Assembly (NCBI GenBank): GCA_028824575.1
Contig: JAPPDN010001023.1
Span: 25,347 to 89,346 of the forward strand
Reading direction: 5' to 3'
Source: Candidatus Poribacteria bacterium
Lineage (GTDB): Bacteria > Poribacteria > WGA-4E > WGA-3G
DNA length: 64,000 nt
Positions 7,961 to 18,266 of the stretch are shown piece after piece. The stretch's first letter is position 1. The number at the start of each line of letters is the position of its first letter. The translations under genes were made by a program, and so were the position numbers. The notes beneath the pieces were generated by a model. The model did no database searches. It was not told where the DNA came from and worked only from the letters and a program-made list of their open reading frames with translations.

Positions 7961-10900
7961 TTAAACGAGCACAGCAAGGGTCAGGGGTTCCTCAGTTCCT
8001 CTAACAGGTGCCACAAAGGTGGCAGTGACGAGTTGTCCTGACCGAAACAAAATCCATCCATCAGGGGTAGCGGCGTGTAGCACCAATGGGGCATCTCTTC
8101 TTGCAGAAGCTTTCTTTAAGCACTCAGAAACCGTCCACACGCGAGTGGCAGCAAAAGCCAAGTCTTCTTCAGTCTCACGGGCAACAACCTTCGCTAATGA
8201 AAAACGATCGGGGCCGAGAATATCTCGCCAAACGGAAGAAGGTCTGGCAGCCACCGGTTCAATATCGCAACCTAGGGGCCCTGACCCAATAACTGCCAGT
8301 GTAAGGTCATCGGCGTGCGCCACGGATACCTCAAAATCACCAGAAACAAAGGGCTTTCCGTCGGGGCGCCTCCAAACAGACACCTTTTTGCCAAGGGCCC
8401 GCTGAATGGCCTGATTACTTTGTTGCTGTCGCTCTATTTTTGGTGAACGTTCGACGACAACAGCGGCTAAAGAGGTAGACACAAGTTCTCGCACACGGCG
8501 TTCAATATAAGGTCCCAAGAGCGATTCGACCCAGACATCTACCGGGGGAAAATCAACGACTTTGAGCCTAAGCCCGTCCCATTGCTCCAGTAATTGCCCA
8601 TCCACTCCTGTGACTTTTACGTCATAGGTGAAAATATCACCTTCATGGGATCGTTCATAGGCATGTAAAAACGCGTTTCCTAGTATCTGATCGGTAGAAG
8701 AATAAAGGCGTTCGATACCAATTGGTAACAATGTAGCATGAGGGACACAGACCTGAATCGCATGAATGGTAGCATCCCGTACCCCTGGATCGCTCATGAC
8801 TAATGTCTGGGGCAAGTACTTACTGAACCATGAGACCGTATCAGATAGAGCCACCTCGGCAAGGCACTCCCTAGCCATCAGTCGTCGGTAGCCACAGAGC
8901 CTCTGAAACCGTTCTCCTTGAAAGAGAATGCCCCCGTACAGGGAGTGTTTTGGGTCAATCGGCACAGATGGGAGATCCTCTACTGAAGTAACTCGATTTT
9001 TGTCTTTCGATTCTTCCGGAAGTCTTTTTGTTGATTCGCTTTTTTCATGAGTACTTTTGAGCCTGCACGTCGCCCGGAAGTAATCTACTTGGAAATCGGT
9101 TTCTTCGCTCCGCAGGACCACTTCAATGAGAGAATCCTCTTTGACAAGCGCAGCTAGGCGAATCGTTATCGGGTTGTTGGCCGACACGACCACTGGGCGA
9201 GCAAATTGGACGTTTTCAAAGATGGGCAAATTTTTTGTTCCCATCAGAGCCATTACCGCCTGTGCCATTGCTTCAAGCCCCATAACTGCAGGAAAAAGCC
9301 TTTCTCCCTGAAACACATGATCTAAAAGATATGGGTCTGTGCCACAAGACAATTCGGCATCAAGAACAATCTCCACACCCGGATAGAAGACACGGGGATA
9401 TTCAAGGAAACGGAGAAATGGCAGCTCGGTTTTTTCCATCTTCAGTGTCGGGGGTTCTCCAAAACGACCCGTCACCACTACAGCAACAGGACGGGATGAA
9501 GCATCACTTTGTCCATACTGGTTCATAAGATGGTGAAGCAGCCGGATGCCCTCATCCGGTGTAATAGGCGTAATTCCTTGTTGGACTAGGGCATCAATAC
9601 TTCCTAATCGCTCGCCCATTCCTATACCAGACCAGACAGACCACTTCACGGCAAGACATAGGCAATTTGGGTGGTGTGCTTGGAACTCTTCGGTCAAGGA
9701 GGTCAACCATTCGTTGGCAAGTGCGTAGTCCGCCTCGCCCTGCATGCCAGTAAGTGCAATGATAGAACTAAAGGTGAGCAAAAGTCGCAACCGTGAAGAA
9801 TTGACTGCTGCAAGCACGTTACGAAGTCCTTTTATTTTTGGTGCTAACGTTCGTTGAAATGCCGCTTCATCAAGGGAGAGAAGACGTTGTGGCACATTCA
9901 CCCCGGCACCGTGCAAGATTCCGGTGATTGGACCAAGTTCTGCTTCTGCCTTCTGGATGGCGGACTGGACGGACTCTGCTTCAGTAACGTCCGCCTGGAG
10001 ATAGCAGAAGTTGATCTTCGCCGCTTCCATCCGGGAAAGATTCGCAGCGAGGACGGCATCAGTTTCGGGATCGGATCTTCCCATGATAGCGAGGCTGACC
10101 CCTGTTTCTTTTGATAAAGAGAACGCACATTCGGACGTGATGCCTTTTCCACCTCCGGTGACGAGAAGAACATCCTCCGTATCCAAAAAATTGGTGGTTG
10201 ATGAGCCGTGCGCTACATCCAGCAACCGCAATACAGGTTCCCGTCTTGTCCCATTTGTGTCATAATGCGCCTCTGTGTACCCTGACGCAGCCCTCACTTC
10301 TGCGATCACCCATTCTATTGCCCGGGGATGGTCCTGTGGGATATCGATGACACATGTTGAAAATCTTGCTTTCTGCATGGTAGGATCAGTTAACACTTCC
10401 AAATGAAGTGTCCGAGCGAACGCAGCAGCACCCCCGCCATGCTGAAGCAGTACAAAACGCGTGAATTCGGCTTCTCTAAGAATCGCGCGGGATCCTTCCA
10501 ATAAGTAGTTAATATGGTCTTCTGAAGGGTTCGAGGGAAGACAGACGATAATTCCACCACCCCATTCCAATCGAGCAAACACCTCTTGTAGAGTTTGTGC
10601 GAAAGGATAGTCGGTCGGGGCAATGACTTTCCAAGTTGAGACATCTTGAGGTTGTTTTGAGTTCGGGAGGGCACGCTCCACGTACTCAACCGTGAAGGGG
10701 CGCACCCAAGTGTCAACCCCCGCGGGCAATTGCTCTATCACAGGTGTCCCTGGTGTAGCACCTGTATGCTTTTGTTCCTCTAACGCTTGGGCAACGGAGG
10801 CAACAGTGGCATCTGCATACTCCGTAGGGGCAACAGGTGGTGGCAAATCCAGATGTCTGTGAGCCTCGGTAACTAATTGACTCACAGAAATAGAATTTAG

Positions 10901-13900
10901 ATGAAGGTCGCTCAACAAGCGGTTGTTATCCTTTACAGCAGATAGTGGGAGCTCTGCACGTTGGGCTACAAGTTGGCGGATGAGCTCAGTTGTGGAAGGG
11001 TGATGGGTAGTTGGTGAGAGGTGAGTGTCTCCCTCTGGCATAGTTTTAGGTCGCGGTAGGGAAGCGATCGCCTCGGTTTCTTGACTTTGATTCTGGACAG
11101 GCAGAGCTCCTCCCATCGGTGCCACCGTTTCGGGCAGCGGGGCAAGTTCGCAGGGATTAACAAAGAAACGCGGCTGCCAATTGAGAGGGAATGGGCAGGT
11201 AAAACGATCGGCGAACAGTACTTTGTGGTTTACTTTAACCCCCAGGACAAACGCCGCTCCTACCACACCCAATAATCCTGTTAGCGACCTACCACAAGTA
11301 TCTAGGGAAACAACGGGGGTTTCGACTTGATCGCGGATGAGTCCACTCAGGACGTGACCCGGACCGACCTCAATGAATAGATCCACGTCCCCTACCCTGG
11401 TGAGTGCCGATGTAAATCGTACTGGCTCTGTCACCTGATGACAGAGAAGTTCGGCTATATCCGTATCTGGCATAAGAGGTGCCCCGGTCACCGTGGATAA
11501 GACCGTGCGCTGCAAAGGGCGGAAATCCTCACTGGCAAGGTGTTCGGATAATAGTGGGGCGGCTGCCTCAACTAGCGGAGAATGGAAAGCATGTGATACT
11601 GGCAAATTGACAACCTTTAATCCCTTTTCCCGGGCGCGTTTGATAATCTGCGCCACAGCGGTGGCTTCTCCAGAGATAACCGTTTGACGAAAAGAGTTCA
11701 AACCCGCAATGGCAACGCAGTCTCTCGGATTTTTCTCTACTTTCTTTTTCTGCCCGGACTTCTTATAAAAATCTAACAACAGTTCCTTCACGTCTGTTTC
11801 TCCAGCTTCAATACTAGCCATCGCACCGTTTTTCTTGCTCAACTCTTCCATCACCTGACCTCGAAGTGTAGCAACACGCTGCAGAGCCTCTGCATCGATC
11901 ACAGAAGCCCAGTGAAGAGCGGTTAATTCACCTAAGCTGTGTCCGATTGCCACAGACGCTGTGATATCAAGTGCCTCCAGGATCCGTAAACCTGAGAGAG
12001 ATGCGGTAACGATCGCTGGCTGTGCGACCTTCGTTGTCTCGGCATCACCTTCCGCCAGGAGCGTTACTTGGTCGTACAACTCTCGGACAAAGTTGAACCG
12101 ATGCCCCCAGATGCCGGGGTCTAGTCGAACTGGTGCCCCTTGTCCAGGAAAAAGAAAGGCGAGTCTTGGCACCATTTTGCCCATCCCCAGGAACACGCCT
12201 GAGTCGCTATCTATACGTGTTTGTGCTTCCTCGGTGAGCCAGGTCCGTAACATATCCAAACGACTTACCAGCATCTCAGGGCTTTTTGCAATAATAGCTG
12301 CTCGGATGACCCCCTCATCGAGTCTTCTCTCCAACTCAGAACCCAGGTCTGTCATCTCAGAAAAGGAAAGTTTTTGAGCAAAAGTCAACAGGTGTTCTAT
12401 CTGCTGCCGCAAATTATAGATGTCCGGCGCACTGAACAGGAATAACTCGGTATCCTGTGCTGTGGAGAGAAGCATGCGCTCCCGCGCGTTGAGTTTTTTG
12501 CGTCGTAAGACGGAGCCCCCTTCCAGCACAAGATGCGTATTAATTCCCCCAAAGCCCATCGCACTGACCCCCGCACGTAATAGTTGATCTTCTTGCCAGA
12601 GTTTCCCTTTGGGAAGCACTCTGAGGACAGATGATTTTTCGGTCAGCATTGGGTGGGGATTTGAACAGCCTGTCGTCGGGGGTAAGAGCTGAGTGTACAA
12701 TGCCATTGTTGCCTTAATCAACCCCGCGACCCCTGCAGCAGCCTTCGTGTGGCCAATATTCGCCTTAATAGAGGAAATAAAGGCGGGGCTTGCAGTAGAG
12801 GAGACTTCTCGACGAGCTCGTGACAGTGTTTGGAGTTCCGTAGTATCACCGACGCTAGTGCCGGTACCGTGCCCTTCAAAGTAAGGCACCGTTTCAACCC
12901 CAAACCCTGCGCGGCGATAGGCCCTACGTATTGCCAGAAGCTGTCCTTCAACTTTTGGGCGGGTGATACCACCGCTCCCATCGGAGGAGATGCCCCAGCC
13001 GCGAATGACTGCGTAAATACGGCAATCCTGTGCTACAGCATCTTGATGCCGCATTAACACCACAAATCCGCAACCTTCTCCAGGCCAAAAGCCATCGGAA
13101 CGGGTATCGTAGACTCGCATCTCTCTGGAGGTCAGTGCCCCAGTTTTGGCGAACCCGACTAGCTCGAAGGGATCCAGACTCAGATCAACTCCACCCGCCA
13201 GTGCCACATCCAAATCACCTGCCACAAGGGCGGAACACGCATTAGCGACTGCTAGCAGAGAGCTAGAACACGCCCCGTCTACCGTGTAGCCGCCCCCTTT
13301 GAGGTCAAAGTAGTTACAAATGCGCCCTGCGATAGTATTGGACAGACTGCCAGCGAGCGTTTCCGAGCCAACAGATGGGAAAGGTGCTTTGTACTGAGTT
13401 TCCAATTCCTCAAGGAACGCCCGCCGTTGCATAGGATCTTTGCCCTCCTCAATCAACAGAGACTCCACTACCCGGCGGACATAAGGCCAGCGCAGCCGTA
13501 ACGCATCTGCCCGTGAAAATTCACCTGTGAGTGTGTTCCCCAAAAGCACGCCAGTCGCTTCACGAGGGAGGGATTTGCCTTCTGGAAAACCAGCATCTGC
13601 TAGTGCTTTCGTGGCAACATCCAATGCAAGCCAATGTGCCATGTCCGCTTCCCGAAAAGTACTTCCGGAGACGCGGAAGCGTACTCGATCGAATTCATAA
13701 CCCTCAATGAGTGAGGCTTGGGCAATATAGGTAGAGTCAGGGGCATCTCTGTCTGTTGAGAGGTAATCTTCTAAACGCAAACGCGATTGAGGCATGCGCC
13801 TGAACGCCCGGCGTAGAGCGAGAACATTCTCCCACAGTTCGAGAGGGTTTCGGGCATCTGGATACTCACAAGCCATTCCAACGATAGCAATTTCAGGCAT

Positions 13901-13903
13901 CAT
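7961..13903 (-). CDS. Iterative type I polyketide synthase of the enediyne (PKSE) architecture: KS-AT-ACP-KR-DH-PPTase
   Basis: KS: DGACSSSLLAV, EGHGTGTSVGD, NIGHTKAAAG. AT: FLFPGQGAP, GHSLGE, HAFHSPL. ACP-like: DLHLNSISVSQL. KR: VTGGGKGITSE ... YALANEWL. DH: LLDHVFQGERLFPAVMGLE. C-terminal PPTase: VSVAHADDLTLAVIGSGPLGCDIEPV and WTVSECLKKA. The 1980-aa length matches PKSE proteins. Confidence 0.9.
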   Translation of the reverse strand: MMPEIAIVGMACEYPDARNPLELWENVLALRRAFRRMPQSRLRLEDYLSTDRDAPDSTYIAQASLIEGYEFDRVRFRVSGSTFREADMAHWLALDVATKALADAGFPEGKSLPREATGVLLGNTLTGEFSRADALRLRWPYVRRVVESLLIEEGKDPMQRRAFLEELETQYKAPFPSVGSETLAGSLSNTIAGRICNYFDLKGGGYTVDGACSSSLLAVANACSALVAGDLDVALAGGVDLSLDPFELVGFAKTGALTSREMRVYDTRSDGFWPGEGCGFVVLMRHQDAVAQDCRIYAVIRGWGISSDGSGGITRPKVEGQLLAIRRAYRRAGFGVETVPYFEGHGTGTSVGDTTELQTLSRARREVSSTASPAFISSIKANIGHTKAAAGVAGLIKATMALYTQLLPPTTGCSNPHPMLTEKSSVLRVLPKGKLWQEDQLLRAGVSAMGFGGINTHLVLEGGSVLRRKKLNARERMLLSTAQDTELFLFSAPDIYNLRQQIEHLLTFAQKLSFSEMTDLGSELERRLDEGVIRAAIIAKSPEMLVSRLDMLRTWLTEEAQTRIDSDSGVFLGMGKMVPRLAFLFPGQGAPVRLDPGIWGHRFNFVRELYDQVTLLAEGDAETTKVAQPAIVTASLSGLRILEALDITASVAIGHSLGELTALHWASVIDAEALQRVATLRGQVMEELSKKNGAMASIEAGETDVKELLLDFYKKSGQKKKVEKNPRDCVAIAGLNSFRQTVISGEATAVAQIIKRAREKGLKVVNLPVSHAFHSPLVEAAAPLLSEHLASEDFRPLQRTVLSTVTGAPLMPDTDIAELLCHQVTEPVRFTSALTRVGDVDLFIEVGPGHVLSGLIRDQVETPVVSLDTCGRSLTGLLGVVGAAFVLGVKVNHKVLFADRFTCPFPLNWQPRFFVNPCELAPLPETVAPMGGALPVQNQSQETEAIASLPRPKTMPEGDTHLSPTTHHPSTTELIRQLVAQRAELPLSAVKDNNRLLSDLHLNSISVSQLVTEAHRHLDLPPPVAPTEYADATVASVAQALEEQKHTGATPGTPVIEQLPAGVDTWVRPFTVEYVERALPNSKQPQDVSTWKVIAPTDYPFAQTLQEVFARLEWGGGIIVCLPSNPSEDHINYLLEGSRAILREAEFTRFVLLQHGGGAAAFARTLHLEVLTDPTMQKARFSTCVIDIPQDHPRAIEWVIAEVRAASGYTEAHYDTNGTRREPVLRLLDVAHGSSTTNFLDTEDVLLVTGGGKGITSECAFSLSKETGVSLAIMGRSDPETDAVLAANLSRMEAAKINFCYLQADVTEAESVQSAIQKAEAELGPITGILHGAGVNVPQRLLSLDEAAFQRTLAPKIKGLRNVLAAVNSSRLRLLLTFSSIIALTGMQGEADYALANEWLTSLTEEFQAHHPNCLCLAVKWSVWSGIGMGERLGSIDALVQQGITPITPDEGIRLLHHLMNQYGQSDASSRPVAVVVTGRFGEPPTLKMEKTELPFLRFLEYPRVFYPGVEIVLDAELSCGTDPYLLDHVFQGERLFPAVMGLEAMAQAVMALMGTKNLPIFENVQFARPVVVSANNPITIRLAALVKEDSLIEVVLRSEETDFQVDYFRATCRLKSTHEKSESTKRLPEESKDKNRVTSVEDLPSVPIDPKHSLYGGILFQGERFQRLCGYRRLMARECLAEVALSDTVSWFSKYLPQTLVMSDPGVRDATIHAIQVCVPHATLLPIGIERLYSSTDQILGNAFLHAYERSHEGDIFTYDVKVTGVDGQLLEQWDGLRLKVVDFPPVDVWVESLLGPYIERRVRELVSTSLAAVVVERSPKIERQQQSNQAIQRALGKKVSVWRRPDGKPFVSGDFEVSVAHADDLTLAVIGSGPLGCDIEPVAARPSSVWRDILGPDRFSLAKVVARETEEDLAFAATRVWTVSECLKKASARRDAPLVLHAATPDGWILFRSGQLVTATFVAPVRGTEEPLTLAVLV

Positions 13904-14844
13904 GATTCAGACCCCCTAATGGCAGTTGGCCCCTGTACTGCAGTCCCACTGCTCACCGCTCGGCTTAGGACCACGGATCGGACGTAAATGCCCAAACCTC
14001 GTAGCGCACAGACGACTGTCAGGGCGAAGAATAACCCAAATACCACATGCACCATCATCAGTAACGCGTAAGCGGCAGCAACACCTCCCCCGAATATCAC
14101 CTGTTTTAGCGGGTCACTTGGGGTCGTGGATGGATCTGTCACCATATAGAAGGTGTAGAGCACAAATGCTAGACCGGTCATGGGCAGCCAAGCCGCGACG
14201 GTGGGCGTGCCGAATATGACGCTTCTGAGAAGTGCCTGTATAGCAAAGCCACCTAACCAGGCAGCAATCAGAGGTATTCGCTTTGTGAACCGGACGTTGA
14301 GGAAGGTACCGGAGATCACAATCAATCCGGGTAAAATCCAATCGCCCATGCCGCTGAGATTTTCCGTGAAATGGTAAGGAGGCGCGATACCAACCCAAGG
14401 AAAGAGCAGAAGTGTTAGAGTAATTCCAAAGTTAGAGGGATTGAAGAAATGCCGACTTCCGTTCCTAAGGGAAACACGAAAGATGACCTTGGAGGACATC
14501 GCAGCAGCGGTAGCAAAGGCGATCGGAAACAATCGATCATTTGCGTAAATCAGCATGGCAACAGCAAGTCCCGTGATATGTGCAGACAATAAGAAATCGA
14601 TGAGTGTAGAAAAACCACCCGCGAAACGTGGTGGGCGTCGGTTTGTTAAAGCATCAATAAACTCGATCAGAAGCTCCGTACTGTAGGCGGTAGCCAATGC
14701 AATCAACGGCTGTCCCCATGATTGTTCAAAACCAAAAACAGTATGGCCTAAGATATTGAAGGTAGTAATGGCAAGGGCAAAGCGTCGCAATCCTCCTTTA
14801 CGGTTTGATTGGTACCAAACATCTTTTTTGTTGTTTTGGGTCAT
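13900..14844 (-). CDS. Polytopic membrane protein, UnbU/SgcE5-like by position and topology
   Basis: 314 aa with about 8 hydrophobic helices. Its stop overlaps the PKS start as ATGA (13900-13903), implying translational coupling. The placement immediately upstream of the PKSE gene matches the conserved enediyne cassette order. Confidence 0.65.
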   Translation of the reverse strand: MTQNNKKDVWYQSNRKGGLRRFALAITTFNILGHTVFGFEQSWGQPLIALATAYSTELLIEFIDALTNRRPPRFAGGFSTLIDFLLSAHITGLAVAMLIYANDRLFPIAFATAAAMSSKVIFRVSLRNGSRHFFNPSNFGITLTLLLFPWVGIAPPYHFTENLSGMGDWILPGLIVISGTFLNVRFTKRIPLIAAWLGGFAIQALLRSVIFGTPTVAAWLPMTGLAFVLYTFYMVTDPSTTPSDPLKQVIFGGGVAAAYALLMMVHVVFGLFFALTVVCALRGLGIYVRSVVLSRAVSSGTAVQGPTAIRGSES

Positions 14845-15318
14845 TATTCAGTCCTTTCACCACTTACACCAATTTTGGGGTGAGAGATTCTCTTGCCAAA
14901 GCGATTTATTAAAGCAAAAACTTATATTAATTACTAAAGTGTGGGCAATTTTTAAAAAAATAAGATGCAAAAAAGCAGATATCCTTTCGGAAATATCCCC
15001 ATATTTTGAAAGGATTGTAAAAACGGACCGCCTTTTCTGCCTAGAACGTATCCTAACAGATTTTCAGCATTTCTTCAACACACAAACTTTGCGCTTTTCC
15101 CAGCGTTTGTCATCGGACTGATAACCGACACAAAGGCGGGCATCTTGACACATCTCTATCAGGCAAGTACTTTGCAGACGCGACATTGGTCTTTTCCGAA
15201 GTTCCTTTCCCGGGGGCATTGCGAAAACAATGCTTAAGTCGCCGATAATGGCTCTCAAAGACCTGGTCCTTTTATCAGGATAACTATCAAAGGTGTAGGA
15301 GGAAAATGAAAGCACAAT

Positions 15319-17286
15319 CTACTTGACCTCCGTCCCCAGCAGCACAGTGTACCATCCCGGCAGAAGGTGTAATGTGTCCCTACAGACGCGGCCACTTGTA
15401 TCTCGCCAGTGCATCTCGACTCTCAGCTTGGTATCATCAGAGAGATGACCGAGTCCAAAGTGCAGAGCAGGACTACGTACACCAGAGTGGCCATTTCCAC
15501 CGTCCACCTGGCCCACAAGTTGCCGGCCATCTGGGAGGTAAACGGTTACAGCAGTGCCAATCGCAGGACGCCCGTAAGTGTCTGTCTCTGGATGTCCTGA
15601 ACGAGCAAAAGTCTTTGACGCATATTCCTTCTGGAGTGGCAACAGGAGATGGAGTCCCAAAAACGCACCAGGGTTGGGACTATCATTCCGGATGAAAACT
15701 GAAGGTTCCCATTGGTTAGCATAAACAAAGTCCAGATCGCCATCGCCATCCACATCAGCCGTTGCAATGCCACGAGTCACCATCGACTCATCGAGATCAA
15801 GTTCATGGGCTAGGTCATAGTACCTACCATCTTTAGCTCGCGCGAAGAAAGGATTGTGCTGTTTTCCGCTGAGGTCATCACCAGGTTGAAGACGGGGCCA
15901 ACTTTTGGGATAGGACAGCAGTTCGTCGTTTCCCATCGCCAATTCGTGTAACTCGGGCCAGCGATTAACTTCACCTTTCACAAAGCCTGTCGCCTGAAGT
16001 GCCTCGAGTACACCGTCGTTGTCGAAATCGCCTAGCCTAGATTCCCAGCCCCATCCGCTTCGGGATAGTCCGAGCGGCTCACTACAGTCTACATAGGGTG
16101 CGATACCTTTCTTCATGAGATCGACTTCGCCCGTACTGAGAAAGGCAAAATGGCTTTCTTCTAGCGCATATTCATCTGCGATGTTACTAACATAAATGTC
16201 GAGCCATCCGTCACCGTTAAGGTCACCAAAGTCAACACCCATGCCCTTAAACGAATCGCGACCCAGCACCTTTGAGTTGGGAGTCGTGAACTGTTTTTTT
16301 CCATCCAAACGCACAAACTTGAGTTCTCCTTGAGTTGAGCAGTTGTGCATCAAACGATCGGGTCCAAAATCATGGGCAAAATAGATTTCGGGAAGGAGGT
16401 CCCCATCGAGATCCGCAGCCCCAACTGCGAGCGTCCAACCCTGAGAAACTTGTTTGTCCAAAACGCCCCGTGCTTCCCAAAAATGCACCGTCGGTTGGTT
16501 TCCAGCAGTTGCCTCTGTCCATAGAAACAAGCGATTGGTCCCAGCGTTAAATGCCCGAGACATGGAATGTTGCATTTGCACACTGTCTGTTGCATGGGAG
16601 TCCAAGATGCGGTCGCCATCCCGAAAGTAATTGCCAATGATTACGTCCACATGCCCGTCCCCATCCAAATCAGCTAATGTAGCGGCATTGGTGTTCCAGC
16701 GTTCGACTTTCGGTACGAACTCGCGCCTCACAAAGCTTAAAGCATTGAGGCACTTTAGACTTGATGCGGATTCCTGTTTTCGGAGGAAAATGACAGGGGT
16801 TCGTCCCCAATAGTAGACGAGGACATCCATCAGTCCATCCTCGTTCAGATCCCCTAGTAAGGTGCCCATCGGTGCCGTTGTGGCCGGATCATAAGGAAGT
16901 GGTGCGGGATCCAACGCGAAAGGTTTATAACGCACAGGCGTTATTTCAACCTGAGCGACAATAACCTGGTCTGTCCTCGTATCCACATAACAAACGTCGT
17001 TGGGGAGTCCGTCCCTATCCAAGTCACCCAAGGCAACGGAGGCACCAACTGAAGAGACCCAAGCCTTTATGTGCTCCAGACTTGGATGAACTGCTCTGAC
17101 CAATTGGTGGGACTTTCCGGGCAACTCCGGTACCCTTTTTTTTGTGAATCGGAAGCGAGCCGCGAGGTGGGTGCGTTCAACTTCGGACAACTCTGGTAGC
17201 CGTGTGAATCCATATAGAACGACAATCAGCACGATTGCGACAATTTGCTTTATATAACGCAGAAAGAAACGGGCTAATCCTGTCAT
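15319..17286 (-). CDS. FG-GAP/VCBS repeat protein with C-terminal ASPIC/UnbV domain (UnbV/SgcE4-like)
   Basis: N-terminal signal anchor IVAIVLIVVLYGF. There are seven DxDxDG-type blades (DLDGDGHVDVIIGNYF, DLNGDGWLDIYVSN, DVDGDGDLDFVYANQ and others). C-terminal GGNGHSGVRSPALHFGLG is typical of the ASPIC/UnbV domain. ATGA overlap with the upstream gene at 17283-17286. Confidence 0.8.
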   Translation of the reverse strand: MTGLARFFLRYIKQIVAIVLIVVLYGFTRLPELSEVERTHLAARFRFTKKRVPELPGKSHQLVRAVHPSLEHIKAWVSSVGASVALGDLDRDGLPNDVCYVDTRTDQVIVAQVEITPVRYKPFALDPAPLPYDPATTAPMGTLLGDLNEDGLMDVLVYYWGRTPVIFLRKQESASSLKCLNALSFVRREFVPKVERWNTNAATLADLDGDGHVDVIIGNYFRDGDRILDSHATDSVQMQHSMSRAFNAGTNRLFLWTEATAGNQPTVHFWEARGVLDKQVSQGWTLAVGAADLDGDLLPEIYFAHDFGPDRLMHNCSTQGELKFVRLDGKKQFTTPNSKVLGRDSFKGMGVDFGDLNGDGWLDIYVSNIADEYALEESHFAFLSTGEVDLMKKGIAPYVDCSEPLGLSRSGWGWESRLGDFDNDGVLEALQATGFVKGEVNRWPELHELAMGNDELLSYPKSWPRLQPGDDLSGKQHNPFFARAKDGRYYDLAHELDLDESMVTRGIATADVDGDGDLDFVYANQWEPSVFIRNDSPNPGAFLGLHLLLPLQKEYASKTFARSGHPETDTYGRPAIGTAVTVYLPDGRQLVGQVDGGNGHSGVRSPALHFGLGHLSDDTKLRVEMHWRDTSGRVCRDTLHLLPGWYTVLLGTEVK

Positions 17287-18266
17287 CTTTTATTCTCCTT
17301 CGTAAAATGATCACGAATTCGCCGCCGCCAGACCTCATAAGCGGGTAAATTGCTATCGGATGGAAGATCCTTCAGAGCAACATCCGTGATGTAAGCAGCG
17401 GCTTTTGCCGACGTACCACACAGAATTTCACAGGCGAGTTCTGTATGCGGCGCGGGGTTCCTGGCTCGTTGACGCGCTTTTGCCGCAAAAGCTGCTCCTT
17501 GTGCCATATGAGATTGATGCACATCTGCTTGAGTCCGCAAAGTTTCTATAGCCGCACCATCCACACCGCCCGCATAAGCACAGGCAAGCCCTACGCCTGC
17601 CCAAAGGTCCTCATGCCGTGGTGGGGCGAAGGCCTTGATAGTTTTAGGAATCCTCTCAACATCGGCACCGTCCACAAACCAAAGGCTTCGCCCCAATCCC
17701 TGATCAAAAACCCGCATAGCGTAGTCAGAAAGTCGCTTAGGAGTCACATGCCCTTCAACGAAACGGGGCCAATGGAAGTATCCGGAGTGAAACCCATAAC
17801 CATCCTGAGCAAGCCAGCGCAGTAGCGGGTCCAAGCGCGCCAGAGCCCGCGTAACGTCAAGGCGAAGCCAAGGAAGCCTTGCAAGCACCCAACCAACGCC
17901 CACATGCATCATGTACACATGAGCCTCCCCTGGACCGGAAAGAAAGTCGTACAGACGTTTTCTGCGAAACGGGGAGAGATAATCAAGGAGGCAGAGGCCC
18001 ATCGCTGCTCCCTCGAATGCGAACCCGCGATGCTCAATATCAACAGCGAAAAGTCTTCTCTCAAGTATCTCTGGTTCGTCATCGAGAAGTGCCGCATGAT
18101 ATCCTACTAGGAAAGTGTGACCAATTTCCTCCAATCGCTGTTGTGCCCCAACGGGGCCCTTCCGAAAGCCACGCCGGGAAAAGGTCACTTCCTGTGGAGA
18201 GATGCCTAAGAGATGTTTCCGAATGTCCCCGAGAAAAGAAATTCCTGCTACAAGTGTTTTTCCCAC
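17283..18266 (-). CDS. Conserved hypothetical protein, UnbL/SgcE3-like (probably DUF1702, from memory) by position and size
   Basis: I chose the GTG at 18266, which is preceded by a perfect AAGGAGG with a 5-nt spacer; the ORF-track TTG at 18290 has no RBS. About 327 aa, translationally coupled to the UnbV-like gene. Assignment rests mainly on synteny. Confidence 0.6.
   Translation of the reverse strand: MGKTLVAGISFLGDIRKHLLGISPQEVTFSRRGFRKGPVGAQQRLEEIGHTFLVGYHAALLDDEPEILERRLFAVDIEHRGFAFEGAAMGLCLLDYLSPFRRKRLYDFLSGPGEAHVYMMHVGVGWVLARLPWLRLDVTRALARLDPLLRWLAQDGYGFHSGYFHWPRFVEGHVTPKRLSDYAMRVFDQGLGRSLWFVDGADVERIPKTIKAFAPPRHEDLWAGVGLACAYAGGVDGAAIETLRTQADVHQSHMAQGAAFAAKARQRARNPAPHTELACEILCGTSAKAAAYITDVALKDLPSDSNLPAYEVWRRRIRDHFTKENKR

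Noticed and set aside
8019-13245. Numerous 60-140-aa ORFs on the plus strand (and out-of-frame minus ORFs) inside the PKS gene
   Set aside because: They lie antisense or out of frame within a 1980-aa ORF that has continuous recognisable domain motifs. They are low-complexity, Arg/Ser/Pro-rich and lack RBSs, so they are typical shadow ORFs.
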